Assembly (NCBI GenBank): GCA_951406725.2
Contig: OX597816.1
Location: 74,400,001-74,464,000, forward strand
DNA length: 64,000 nt
From: Octopus vulgaris
Lineage: Eukaryota
Direction of reading: 5' to 3'
The translations under genes and the position numbers were made by a program. Below the pieces are notes generated by a model, which saw only the letters and a list, made by a program, of their open reading frames with translations, was not told where the DNA came from and did no database searches. Shown here one piece after another: positions 10,701-24,081 of the stretch (positions are counted from its first letter, which is position 1; each line of letters begins with the position of its first letter).

Positions 10701-13700
10701 GAAACTGGGAAACTGGCCCTCATGAGCCTGGCATGGCTCGAGAAGAAAATATTTATTCTGTTTATTTATATATGTGTATGATATTACTAATATTATAATA
10801 TGATATCGGTAATACATCACCATCATCATCATTTAATGACTGTTTTCCAAGCCAGCATGGGTTGGATGGTTTGACAAGAGCTGGCAAGGCTGGGAGCCAC
10901 ACTAGGCTCTATTGTCTGTGTTGCCATGGTTTCTACAGCTGGATATCCTTCCTAATACCAACCACTTTACAAAGTGTACTGCATGCTTTCTATGTAGCAC
11001 CAGTACCAGTAATTTTTACGAAGTACTACCACCAACAAGGTCACAAAGTAATGCAATTAAAGCAGTATTTAATTAAAATAACCATCTATGCATCATACCT
11101 AATGCATATGCACTGTTGATAGGCCAGTTACTGAAGTATTTGTCCTGAGATAACATCTTTGGTGGACTCACGGTGATAAAATCTACTTACAGTTATGTAC
11201 ATTGAAGTAAATTATCTTTAATCTTTTATCATTAGACTGCGACCATGCTGGGGCATTGCCTTGAATAAGTTTTAACCAAATGAATCATACTCAGTACTTA
11301 TATGATTTTTTAGGTCTGATGCTTACCCTGTCTGTCTCTTTTTACTCAACTGCTAAGTTACAGGGATGTAAACACACCAACACTGGTTGTCAAGCAGTGG
11401 TGGTGGAGGTCACACACACACACACACACACACACACAAGCACACACATACAGTGAGCTTCTTTCAGTTTCTGTCTACTAAATCCACTCAAGGCTTTGGT
11501 CAACCTGAGGTTGTAGCAGAAGACACTTGCCCAAGGTGCCATGCAGCAGGACTGAACCTGGTGCCATTTGGTTGGAAAGCAAGTTTCTTACCATACTGTC
11601 ACACCTATATATGTATGTGTTGTTTGTCTCATAACAGAGAATAAAAGTTATGTTAACTATGAATATTTCTTCTCTTATCTATTTCCAAGAACTCTGAATT
11701 TATTAAAATGTAGAGTTCTCAACCATACTTAACTTCATCAACATTTTGATCATAACATCCTGATAACACAAAGTGCCTCCTGACTGGCTCCCATACCAGT
11801 GGCATGTAAAAAGCACCATTCAAGCATGTGTTGTTGCCAGTGCCACCTGACTGGCTCCCATGCTGGTAGCTCATAAAAATCACCATTCAAGCATGGTCGA
11901 TGCCTGACTGGCCCTTGTGCTGTTGGCATGTAAAAACAACCACTACACTCTTAAAGTGGTTGGCATTAGGAAGGGCATTAGGCTGTAGAAACCTTACCTG
12001 ATCAGATTGGAGCCTAATGCAGCCTTCTGGCTTGCCAGTCCTCAGTCAATCTGTCCAACACATGCCAGCATAAAAAGCGAATGTTAAACGACGACGATGA
12101 TGATGATGACGACTACATCCATTCATCTACCAAGCATTATCATTGGTGACATGATTCAAATACCAATACCAATACCAATCACCATTATATCTGTTATATA
12201 TTATTACAATCATCTCTAAGGTGGCGAGCTAGCAGAATCGTTAGCATGCCGGGTGAAATGCTTAGCAGTATTTCATCCGTCTTTACATTCTGAGTTCAAA
12301 TTCCGCTGAGATCGGCTTTGCCGTTCATCCTTTCAGGGTTGATAAATTAAGTACCAGTGAAACACTGGGGGTCACTGTAATTGACTATCCCACTCCCCAC
12401 AAATTCTAGGCCTTGTGGATTTAGAAGAAAGGATTATTACAGTCATCTCTCTACCATCTAACCAACTCACCTCACATACTTATGAAATGTTTCTGTCTCT
12501 GCTCCCTTCCCATTCACATAGACCAATCCTTTGTATCTCTTCACCTACATTCCCTCTCACTGTACCTGACAACTATCCACCACCATCTCTCCTACTCTCT
12601 CCATCTTTATCTTTCTCTCTAAGTCTCTCTTACTCTTCCTTCTTCTCCAACTGATAACCTTATATCTCTTCTAAGGCAACATGCCTATTTCTATCTATTA
12701 TTCTTTTAATCTCTCATCATTTGCCGCAAAACTACCGCTGTCAATACTTCCCTCATTCCCAGTTCAAAAGACTTTGTCTTGCAAGTTGTTTAGTGACCCT
12801 GCTGGTGCTGGTGCCATGTGAAAAGCATCCAGTACATTCTGTAAAGTGGATGGTGTTAAGAAGGGCATTCAGCCGTAGAAGCCATGTCAAAACAAACAGG
12901 GCCCAGTGTAGCTTTCTGGCCTTGCCAGTTCCTTGTCAAAGTGTCCAACCCATGCCAGTATGGAGAACAGATGTTAAATGATGATCACACACACACACAC
13001 AAACAAACAATGGGCTTTCACACAATTTCTGTCCACCAAATTCACTCTCAATGCATTGGTTGCCCTGAGGCCAAGGTGCCATAGAGTGGGACTGAACTTG
13101 AAGCCAACTGGTTGCAAAGCAAGCTCCTTACTCACACAGCCATGTCTGGCTCTGTTCCTCTGTATCATTGCTAGCCGGTAAACCTCCCCACCCCCTGGAC
13201 TCTATATATATCCAGGTTTTCACCACTCACTACCTACCCCCACCCTACACTCTTTAACACTCCCTTCGCAATATCCTGCCACTTATATTATGGCATTTTG
13301 AACCTCAAGGGTATGCCCTGGCACTTGTCACCATCTATATCTCTCTCTTCCTTTACTCAACCATCCCATTTATATTCTGATCCTCATCCCTTGTGAGTAT
13401 GCCCAGCATTTTGCCACCATCTCTATCCTGCTGTCACCCAGTCTCTCTCTCCTTCTCCTGCACTTCCCTCAAGTTGGGTAACCATGTATTTTCTTTGCGA
13501 CAGTGCACCTGTTTCTGCCTTTATTCCTGATCTCTCTCTCTCTCCCTCTCTCTGGCTGGGTAACTTTGTAGCTCCTCTACAACAAGACACCTGTTTCTAT
13601 AACCTTTTATTAGCCAACATAAGATCACCTCCTCAAATGCCCCCTCCCTGTTCAAAAGTCTTTTATCTTGCAAGTACTTGGTAACCCTGTCAATGAAGGT

Positions 13701-14309
13701 GCCGCTTAAAAGCACCCAGTCCACTGTAAAGTAGTTGGTGTTTGGAAGGGCATCCAGCAGTAAAAACCTTGCCAAAACTGACCTCACCTGTGCTTGGGCC
13801 ACATAAAAAGCACTAAATCAACTCTGCTGAGTAGTTGGTATTAGGAAGGGCATCCAGCTGTAAAAATCCTGCCAAAACAGTCACAGAAGTCTGGCACAGG
13901 CTTCTGCCTGGCCAGCTTTTAAGAAATCGGCACTTATGAAATCATCCCACCCATGCCAGCATGGAAGGCAGACATTAAACAATGAGGATGATGATGATGA
14001 TGATGATAATTCATGTCCAAACTGGAAAAACAACAACATCAACAAAGACTTAAGATAAGAACAAAGCAACAGAAAAGATTTTAAAAATAAAAGAAAGTTA
14101 AAATCAAATGGAATTTCAGAATATACGGAAGAAAAAAAAAACAGGGAAACAGAGAGAGAAAGCAGTCTTTTTGTCAATATTCTGAAAGAGTTGCCAATGA
14201 AGAACCAATAGAGCATAAAATCAAACAATGGCCGAGAAGCCTTCAGCCAAGTGGAGAATCATGTCTGCTTTCAGCTGCACAAGATCAATGGTTAGTTATA
14301 AAATTGATA

Positions 14310-14680
14310 GACATATATACACACACATACATACATCCATCCATCCATCCATACATGCATACATACACACATACATCCATCCATCCATCCATCCATCCAT
14401 ACATGCATACATACATACACACATACATACACACACACATACACACATACATACATATATACATGCATACATACACACATACATACATACACACATGCAT
14501 ACATACATACATGCATACATACACACATACATACATACATACATACATGCATACAGACATACATGCATACGTACATACATGCATACATACATACAGACAC
14601 ACACACACATACATGCATACACACATCACCCATCTGTCCATATATATATATATTATCATCATCATCATCATCATCATCAT
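14310..14680. repeat. Compound (CATA)n/(CATC)n/(CA)n/(CAT)n microsatellite
   Basis: Visible directly; explains the overlapping H/T/Y/I and C/M/V ORFs. Confidence 0.95.
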
Positions 14681-15799
14681 TCAATGTCCATTGTCCATGC
14701 TGTCATAGGTTGGACGGTTTGACCAGGCTGCCAGGCTGGCACGCTGGAAGGCTCCACGCAGCTCTGGCAGAAGTTAATGGCGAACTTCTGCTGACTCTTT
14801 CGTCACAACTTTCTCTCACTCTTTCCTCCTGCATCTTGCAGCTCACCTGCGATGGACCGGCGTCCCATCCAGGTGGGGAATCCTTTACACCAAGGAAACC
14901 GGGAAACCGGTCCTTATGAGCCAGGCGTGGCTCGAGAAGGCACAAACAACAACAACAGGTACTAACAGCAAAAAATATTTGGTAGAAATAAATAGAAATG
15001 CATAGTAACAAGCATTGACCATATTTGAAGGTAAGCACTTAAAATGAAAGTTGTAGGTGGTCAGGTATATAATATGTTGGATTGTTAGTTTGTGCCATTA
15101 TGTTCATAGTCCATTAAATCTTTTGTTTCACTTAGTCCAGCCAGCTGTAAAGAAGCACTGTCCGGAGAGCTGACCAGTGCAACCTGAGAACTGTTTGATG
15201 AAAGAGCATTTGGTTGATTTGTAATGTTGAACCAAACTCTCACCATGAAACAAGTCGATCAAGCTAATTATATATTGATAGCTGGAAAAATTAAACAACT
15301 GACACCATTTATTACACTTACATGACTTTTTTTGATTGATTTATGAATTGATTATCAATAACAGGACACAATTCAGTTTTCAGATACTATTTCAGTACAA
15401 TTACAACTGCTATAGCCTCTCTCTCTCACTCTTTTCTCCTAGATTGGTACATTAAGGGCCAGTGAGTGTGTTTCTTCCTTTCTTTCTTTCTTTCTTTTTG
15501 TTTGTGCCTCACTTCAACACAGGAGAGAAGAGCAGAAACCATGGTCTGTTACTGGATTTCTGTGACACATGAGAGGAAAGGAGAAAGTACTCCTTAGACC
15601 AAGGCTATCCAATGTTATCCAAGGGAAAGGCAAAGGCCGATACAGCTTGGCACAAGTGATGTCGCAGCTCATTTATTAACGTGCAAGTGGCTAAGCAGCA
15701 CTCCACAGACACGTGTACTCTTAACCTAGTTCTTAACATAGTTCTCAGGGAGATTCAGCATGACACAGTGTGACGTGGATGGCCCTTTGAAATACAGGT

Positions 15800-15987
15800 A
15801 TAATGGAAACAGGAGTGAGCGAAAGTTGTGATGAAAAAGTACAACAGGGTTTGCCACCACCCCCTGCAAGAGCCTCGTGGAGCTTTAGGTGTTTTTGCTT
15901 AATAAACACTCACAATGCCCGATCTGGGAATCGAAACCGTGATCCTACGACCGTGAGTCCGCTGCCCTAACCACTGGGCCATTGCGC

Positions 15988-15990
<3 letters not shown>
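15800..15990 (-). mobile_element. tRNA-derived SINE family D
   Basis: Reverse complement reads ggcgcaatggcccagtggttagggcagcggactc...ggtttcgattccc. Other copies at 31565-31728(-) and 54405-54570(+), partial at 14750-14945. Confidence 0.8.
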
Positions 15991-16027
<37 letters not shown>

Positions 16028-16738
16028 CATCATCATCATCATCGTTTAGCGTCCGTTTTCCATGCTAGCATGGGTTGGACGGTTCTACTGGGGTCTGTGA
16101 AGCCAGAAGGCTTCATCAGGCCCAGTCAAATCTGGCAGTGTTTCTACGGCTGGATGCCCTTCCTAACGCCAACCACTCCATGAGTGTAGTGGGTGCTTTT
16201 TACGTGCCACCCGCACTGGTGCCAGACAGAGCTGGCAAACGGCCACGAACGGATGGTGCTTTTTATGTGCCACCGGCACGAGGGCCAGGCGAGGCTGGCA
16301 ACGGACACGAAACGGGGCGGTGCTGGCAATGGTCGCGAAACGGAAAGTTCTCTTACATGCCACCGGCACTGGTAACACATCTGCAATTTCCATTGATCGA
16401 TTTCGATTCTGATCCTCACTTGCCTCAACGGGTCTTCACAAGCAGAGTTTTGACATGCCACCGGCACTGGTAGCACATCCGCAATTTCCATTGATCGATT
16501 TCGATTCTGATCCTCACTTGCCTCAACACGTCTTCACAAGTAGAGTTTTGTGTCCCAAGAAGGGAAGGTATGCATACGTAGGCTAGCTCCATCCCATGTA
16601 GAAGGCCACGGGTTATGGACTCACTTGTCCTGCCGGGTCTTCTCGCGCACAGCACACTTCCAGAGGTCTCGGTCTCTAGTCATTTCCTCAGTGAGACCTA
16701 AAGTTCGAAGGTCGTATATATATATAATAATAATTAGT

Positions 16739-16773
<35 letters not shown>

Positions 16774-17234
16774 TATATTATAGAGTAAAGATTATTATAA
16801 TATGGCAGGCGAATGTTACTGGTATTTAGCCCCAGAAAACATCGTCTCCAGCTGGCTATATGACACACTATCTGTGTCCTTCTATTGTCCAAACACACTG
16901 TAGATTTCCACACAATTTCCACCTACCATATTTGACTGAAAAGAATTTGCTCAACGTAAGGGTTGCATATGGAAAGCATTTAATCTTGGTTTCATTTGGT
17001 GGAATCAAACCTTGAAATTACATAATCACAAGACAAACACTTCAGCCTGACAGGCATTGCTGCTGATAAAACTAATCAAAAGATAAGAGATATTGGAGTT
17101 AAGGGCACTTGTATCGATAACAAGTTCATAATAATGAACAAACAACAATAAATTGCGGTAAAGATTAAATGGTATTGAGTTATTGATCTTACTTTCTGCC
17201 TATATATATATATATGAATATAAATATACATATA

Positions 17235-17469
17235 TTCTTTTATTCTTTTATTTGTTTCGGTCACTTGACTGTGGCCATGCTTGAGCACTGCCTTTAGTCA
17301 AGCAAATCAACCCCAGGATTTATTCTTTCTAAGCCTAGTACTTAATCTCTTGGTCTCTTTTGTTAAACCGCTAAGTTACGGGGATGTAAACACAGCAGTA
17401 CCGGTTGCCAAGCAATGGCGAGGGCAACAAACACAGACACACAAACATATATATGTATATATATGTGTG

Positions 17470-17522
<53 letters not shown>

Positions 17523-17680
17523 GACAGGCTTCTTTCAGTTTCCATCTACCAAATCCACTTACAAGGCTTTGGTTGGCCTGAGGCTATAGTAGAAGACACT
17601 TGCCCAAGGTGTCATGCAGTGGGACTGAACCTGGAACCATGTGGTTGGTAAGCAAGCTACTTACCACACAGCTACTCTTG
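17235..17680 (-). mobile_element. tRNA-derived SINE family A with internal (TA)n(TG)n
   Basis: Reverse complement of the full-length copy at 50341-50747. Confidence 0.9.
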
Positions 17681-18124
17681 TATGTGAAGGCACATGGCTT
17701 AGTGGTTAGGGCATTTGGCCCATTATCATAAGGTCATGAGTTCAATTCCTGGTGACGCGTTGTGTCCCTAAGCAAGACACTTTATTTCATGTTGCTCCAG
17801 TCCATTCAGCTGGTAAAAATGAGTAGTACCTGTATTTCAAAGGACCGGCCTTGTCACACTTTGTGTCACGCTGAATCTCTCAGAAATGTTAGAGGTACAC
17901 ATGTCTGTGGAATGCTCAGCCACTTGCACATTAATTTCATGAGCAAGCTGTTCTGTTGATCGTATCAGCTGGGACCCTCATCATTGTAACCGATGGAGTG
18001 CTCCTAAAAAAATATGTGTGTGTGTGTGTATATATATATATATGTGTATGTATATATATATATATACATACATATATATACATATATATACATACATATA
18101 CATATATATATATATATATATATA

Positions 18125-18620
18125 TGTAAAAAAGCCTTGAAACTCTACTCTCTCCAGTGCCACTTCGAGCGGTACATCATTTGCACGATGTGGAAAATAT
18201 ACTGCCAGCATTGCCCAAATGACCCAAACATTAGTTTCAAGATTCATCCAAGGCTGGGACCATGGGCCATACGTCCCCTCCCCAATTCAGGAACACAACA
18301 TATAGGTACACTGTGACACAATTTCTTTTCCTCAACAGGCCCTGCCCTGTTTAACATTGCCCCAAAACTGATCAAAGAAGAAAAGGATCCCATCACCTTT
18401 AAAGGGAGTCTGAACAAATTTCTTCAGGGAATACCACATAAGCCACCCATACCTGGATACAACTAACTCAACAAGAACTCACTACTTGAATGGATCATGA
18501 CACCACAAAACTTGACTTAAAAAGGATTTAGATAATCCTTTCAGGTAGTGCTATTAAGTTAGACATGGCCTAGACCAATCTTTGGTCGAAACATATCTAA
18601 GTTTTTATCTAGGTTTTATA
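18125..18620 (+). mobile_element. 3' end of a CR1-like LINE in a (TA)n tract
   Basis: Reads GPALFNIAPKLIKEEKDPITFKGSLNKFLQGIPHKPPIPGY, typical of an invertebrate CR1-group ORF2 C-terminus, and ends in a short repeated tail. Confidence 0.6.
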
Positions 18621-18637
18621 TATATATATGTATGTAT

Positions 18638-18995
18638 AGGTGCAGGAGTGACTGTGTGATAAGTAGCTTGCTTACCAACCACATGGTTCCGGGTTCAATC
18701 TCACTGCATGACATCTTGGGCAAGTGTCTTCTACTATAGCCTCAGGCTGACTAAAGCCTTGTGAGTAGATTTGGTAGATAGAAACTGAAAGAAGCCTGTT
18801 GTATATGCATGTGTGTGTTTGTGTGTCTGTGTTTGTCCCCCCACCATCACTTGACAACCGTAACTTAGCGGCTCGGCAAAAGAGACCGGTAGAATAAGTA
18901 CTAGGTTTACAAAAAATAAGTCCTGGGGTCGATTTGCTTGATTAAAGGCTGTGCTCCAGCATAGCCACAGTCAAGATGACTGAAACAAGTAAAAG
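18638..18995 (+). mobile_element. SINE family A
   Basis: Matches 50341-50747. Confidence 0.9.
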
Positions 18996-19001
18996 ATTAT
19001 A

Positions 19002-20370
19002 CTAGCAGACACACTCGGTGCTGCTCGGGATTTAAATGGCACTGTTTGTATATATAGTACAGTTAAGTTGAAACACATGATATGGGGAAGGGCAGCATTG
19101 ATGACAAAACATTTGTGGAGTAAATGAAGGGCTAATTAATGACGTCATGCGTCTGTTTGGAGGATTCTTGGCCCTAGCCTTGTCATGAAAAAGTGAGTTT
19201 GGTGGGGTATGTATGTGATTTTTGAATGCACAAAAAAGCTCTAAGTGGATATACTCTCCTTTGCAGCTGTTGACACTGCTGCTACCACGCTGGACAATTA
19301 TCAGACATAGGAACTACATCTTTGTGGTAAATTAGGCCTGTGGTCATGCTCAACGGCACCACATGAGAGAAATCTACATGAAAGAAATGATGTGGTAAGC
19401 GGGGGAGGGGGGTTTGGAAAGGAAGCGCTTGAAAACAACACTGTCGTGTGATATTTTGGTTTGGAATCAATAGTCATGGCTCAACCGTGCACTCCTTCAA
19501 GTAAATAGCGTGCGACCAAGTGAAAACAATTCTGCATGCAGCGTCGGGGTACGGTCTCTAACAAATATGGTTGAGTCATGTGACATTGGATCGCTGACAT
19601 GGCTGGGAATTAATGGTCATGGCTCAGTTGTGCGCTCCTTCAAGTAAAACAGCGTACGACCATTGTGAGGACAACTCAGCTCCTAAACGAAAACAATTCT
19701 GCATGCAGCATCCGGGCATGCAAAGTCACATTAAGGACACGGTCTCTAACTAACGTGGTTGGGTCTTAGACACCATAAATTAGTAGGTTAATGTACATGC
19801 AATATTTCGGTTTGTAATCAATAGCTGGAGAATATTTGTTTGGGTTTCGTCTATGCTTAGAAGGAAGAATGATTCTGGAGCTAAAAGAAAATAGTTGAAC
19901 AGTTGCTCAGGATTTGACATAATTTAGCATATTTTTCATAACAGACATAGTGCATTCCAAATAGTTTTTATTCCAACAAATTGCTACCTATGGTACTACA
20001 GAAACAGACTCTTATTGATACCATTTAGACAACGCAGTTTGAAGTCTACATCAGTTTATCCATTTAATACAATTCACTTATATCATTTCAGTAGCTGTTT
20101 TTTCCAGTTTGAACAGAAGCAATACATGGACCATGTGGGTAGTCATAGTACCCCAGGAAAGGGGGTTTTCTGCCCCCAGAGGTCTCTTTACTCCTTATGT
20201 GAAAAATTTTAAGAGTCTAAAACCATCTGTGGAACATAAGTAATGTATGTTCCCAGTTTGGAGAAAGTCAGTTGTGAACTTCAGAAGTTCTGCGGGTTTA
20301 CATGCACACACACACACACACACACAAACACATACGCACGGACACGCACACACACATACATATATATGTT
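19002..20370 (-). mobile_element. Probable non-autonomous Helitron with internal diverged tandem duplication (~19470-19770)
   Basis: a|CTAG end at 19002 with a GC-rich subterminal motif and a (CA)n-rich far end. The right boundary is uncertain. Confidence 0.45.
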
Positions 20371-20489
20371 AATATATGTATGTACATGTGCAAATATATA
20401 CATAAATATACATACAGACATATGTATGTGTATGTATAACATGTCTAAAAAAAAGACACGGAGCCAATATTTTAATAAAGAGAAGGGGA

Positions 20490-22420
20490 AAAATTTGCGA
20501 AACTAAGGTTTTGTTCATTTGTAATCCAAAAAAAGACACTAAATGGGGATCTTGGACGTGTCAAGGGAAAACAAAAGCATTAAACTAAAGTTTAGTGCCC
20601 AAGTACAGACACTAAACTCAATTTTTGGTTGTGCCAAAGCTACAAAAAGACTGTAAACTAAGATCATCGTTGTACAATGGCTAAGGTAACACACGAAGGT
20701 CTTGGTCCCACAGGCGTAAAAAGCACTGCTAAACTGAATTCAAAATATCCGTAGTTTAATGTCTGTTCTCATTTGGAACGCCCAACCCCACAGTTCCATG
20801 TCGTTTTTAGCCGTGGTGCGAATAAGACGCTAGTTAATTACTTCTTGTCCTTGACGCGACAAAGAGTTTAAGTATCATTTTTTGCGGGGTGGAGGGAGGT
20901 ATGCGGATATCTTGAAAATACCCCACGAAGTGACGGTCGTACCCTGCATAGTTATGGGATACACTTTGGCAAGGCATAGCACCCATTCAGCCACCCTGCC
21001 TAGGATACGGTGACGTCATCACACAGCAGCATGGTGGATAGCGAAGAGGTAGCAGAAGAGCTCAACGAGCCCATGGTACTTCTTACGTCGATGCTGAGCG
21101 GAGGAATTTTAGAAGATCAACGGTCAGGGTCACCAAGTCCTTTGAAGAGAGTAACTGCAACGCATCTATGGGGATGGGGGCGTCCATGGTTGTGTAATCA
21201 GCTAATGAAAGATTCCCTGTGACTCAAACTCCTAGTTCAAATTCATAAATATGGAATTGGGTGGCGACAGAAACTCATGGGAATCCACAAAAGCAGAGAA
21301 AAAACCCTGAAGTTATGATCATCTCAATAGATAAAAAAAAAGGTATCTATCTAAGGTCTTAAACATACAGAGGCTAGCAAATGCACTAATCTAGGGTCTT
21401 TATCAACTGAGGGGGAAAATTCTCTAAATTAAAAAGACACTAATTTAAGGTCTTTGTCAACCAAAGTGAAAAATCCACGAAACCAAGATATTGTTTGTAC
21501 TTAATCCAAAAATAGATTAAACTGAAATCTTGGACGGGAGAAAATTAAAGATAAATGCACATTGGCATTGGTCGTACGAAGGTTTAGCAAAGAAAAAGAC
21601 TTTATACAAGTCTTTTAGTCGAAATAAGGCAAATCAAACGACTCAACAAAACTAAAATGTTGGTCTTATCAAGGCTAAGAAAAGACCGTACTAATGTCTT
21701 TGTCGTATCAAGCTGAGAAAAAGATAATGAAGAAAGTTCTTAGTCTTTGCAAGGCTAAAAAGTGTAACCTATGGTCTTGCACGTACCAAGGCTAAAAACG
21801 ATATTAAACTATATAATGTTGCGCGTTCTAAGTAAGAAAAATACATTAAACTAAGGTCTTGGTCATTTCAACGCCAACAGGGAAAATGGGCACAAAAGTA
21901 AGGTCTTGGTAAAAGTTACTAAACTAGATTCTAGTTGTCCGAAGGTTACAAAACAGCACTAAATTCAGATCTTGGTTGAGTCAATGGTAAATAAATAATG
22001 CTATTTTATGGTCATTGTGGAACCAAATCTAAAAAAGAATCTGAACTAAAGTTTTCATAACAAAGGCAGTAAACTAAGATTTGGGGCATACGAACGCCAA
22101 CGGGTAAAAATGTCAGTAATCCAGGTCTTGGTTGTCTGAAGGCAACATCACAACAATATGTTCAGATATTTGTTCAATCCAAAGAGTAAAAAATAATTCT
22201 ATTCTATGATCTTTGTAGAGGCAAGGCTATAAAGCCATAAAGCTAAGGTCTTATCAAGGCTAAAAATGTGTAACCCATGGTCTTGCATGCACCACGGTTA
22301 AAAAAAAAGTCAACTATAGTGTCAAACATGACACGAAAGTAAAGTCACATCAAGAGAGAAAAGGGACATTAAACAACAGTTTGAACATGAACAAGGAAAA
22401 AGTCACTAAACTAGGGTTCA
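20490..22420. repeat. Diverged ~40-bp minisatellite array (consensus ~actaaactaaggtcttggtcgtaccaaggctaaaaaag) with an inverted segment and an unrelated insert
   Basis: The motif recurs at 20490-20750 and 21340-22420. Reverse-orientation units lie at ~20755-20880 and a GC-richer insert at ~20880-21320. Confidence 0.7.
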
Positions 22421-22629
22421 AGAGCGCAATGCTGTTTCCTTGGTGACAAACACTTTTGTTTAAGTTTTGGTCGGCTTGTGACTATAGTAGAAGACACTTG
22501 TGTGGGACTGAACCCAGAACCATGTGGTTGGGAAGCAAACTTCTTACCACACAATCATGTCTGTGTCTTAGAGTAATACATTATTACTTGTTCAGATCTC
22601 CTTGGTTATGCACTAACGGTAACTCTGGT

Positions 22630-23001
22630 ACATTATTTATATTTGACGGATATTTGTCCTCATCTTGTTTGTTGTTTACTCAACATTTCGGTTGATATAC
22701 CCTCCAGTCTTCTTCATGTGTCTTGGGGAAATTTCGAATCTGGGTTCTCATTCCTAAGGTATTTTTTGATGTTATTATTATTATTATTGTTGTTGTTGTT
22801 GTTGTTGTTGTTGTTATCATTATTATTCTCTACATCTACCTTATGAATGAGAACCCAGGTTCGAAATTTCCCCAAGACACCTGATGAAAGCTGGAGGGTA
22901 TATCAGCCGAAACGCTGTGTTAACAACAAACAAGATGAGGACAAATATCCGTCAAATGTAAATAATGTACATAATTCCTCATCTCTTAAATATAGAATTG
23001 T
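22630..23001. mobile_element. Inverted pair of the hammerhead-containing tail element, with 12-bp TSD
   Basis: TSD ggtaactctggt at 22618-22629 and 23002-23013. Minus copy ~22630-22770, (TTA/TTG)n spacer, plus copy ~22836-23001. Confidence 0.85.
22876..22921 (+). ncRNA. Minimal type I hammerhead ribozyme motif (U16.1>C in this copy)
   Basis: gacac-CTGATGA-aagctg(gagggtatat)cagcc-GAAA-cg-cT-gtgtt. Confidence 0.75.
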
Positions 23002-23445
23002 GGTAACTCTGGTGTTCTAATCTTTCTTGATCATATGCATCCTGTTTGTTATGTGTTGGAGGGCTGATAGCAAATTCTTGTGCATGTTTTTGTTTTCAGC
23101 AGCTGACTCCTTAGATGTATTGAACTTTTGCGCGCGCGCATGTGCGTGTGTATGTGTGTATGTGAGTGTGTGAGTGTGTGTGTGTATGTATATATATATA
23201 TATATATATATATACATACATACATACACACATAATCTCTAATCTTTTACTTGTTTCAGTCTCTAGACTGCGACCATGCTGGGCCACCGCCTTGAGTTTT
23301 TAGTCGAACGAATTGACTCCAGTACTTTTTAAAGCCTTGTATATGTCTTGTCAGTCTCTTTTGCCGAAATGCTAAGTTACGGGGACATATACACACTAAC
23401 ACCAGTTGTGAAGTGGTGATGAGAGACAAACACAGATACAAAGAC

Positions 23446-24033
23446 TATCTATCTATCTATCCGCCCAGTCGAAGTCGACCCTCGGTCACTCGTTGGATCA
23501 GTGTCCTCCAGTCAGTTCTATCCTGGGCCGCTTCTTTCAGATTGGATATGTCCATTCCGGTATCACTCTTGATGGTCTCAAGCCAGCGGGTTCTTGGTCG
23601 GCCTCTTCCTCTCTTGCCACTGACCATTCCGAGCATGATGTCCTTCTCCAGGGATTTTCTCCGCATAATATGACCGAAATATGCCAATCTATGCTTGTTG
23701 ATCCTAGCTTCTAGCGACATTTTCGGCCTGATCTGCTTATGAACTTCTCCATTGGTGAGTCTCGCTGTCCATGGAATCCGTAAAAGTCTTCTCCAACACC
23801 AAAGCTCGAATGCATTAATTCTCTTCTGGTCAGCGTTCTTTAGTGTCCAGGTCTCGCATCCATATGTTGCTATTGGGAAGACAATTGCATTCACCAATCT
23901 GCATTTGGTAGCGAGTCTGATGTCTCTACTCTTCCAGACCCTGCTCATGCTGACCATTGCCTCTCTGCCTAGTACTATCCGCCGTCTTATTTCTGGAGTG
24001 CAGTTACCATCTCGATTTATTTTGGAGCCAAAG
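23446..24033 (-). mobile_element. 5'-truncated RTE-clade (BovB-like) LINE with intact C-terminal ORF and (ATAG)n tail, nested in SINE A
   Basis: VFPIATYGCETWTL, INAFELWCWRRLLRIPWTAR, YFGHIMRR and GKRGRGRPRTRWL are uninterrupted over ~190 aa. Confidence 0.92.
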
Positions 24034-24049
24034 ATATATACATGTAAAT

Positions 24050-24081
<32 letters not shown>

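Noticed and set aside
14228-14919. His/Thr/Tyr- and Cys/Met/Val-rich ORFs (also at ~18.0, 27, 33.7 and 50.6 kb)
   Set aside because: Translations of CA/TA/CATA microsatellites.
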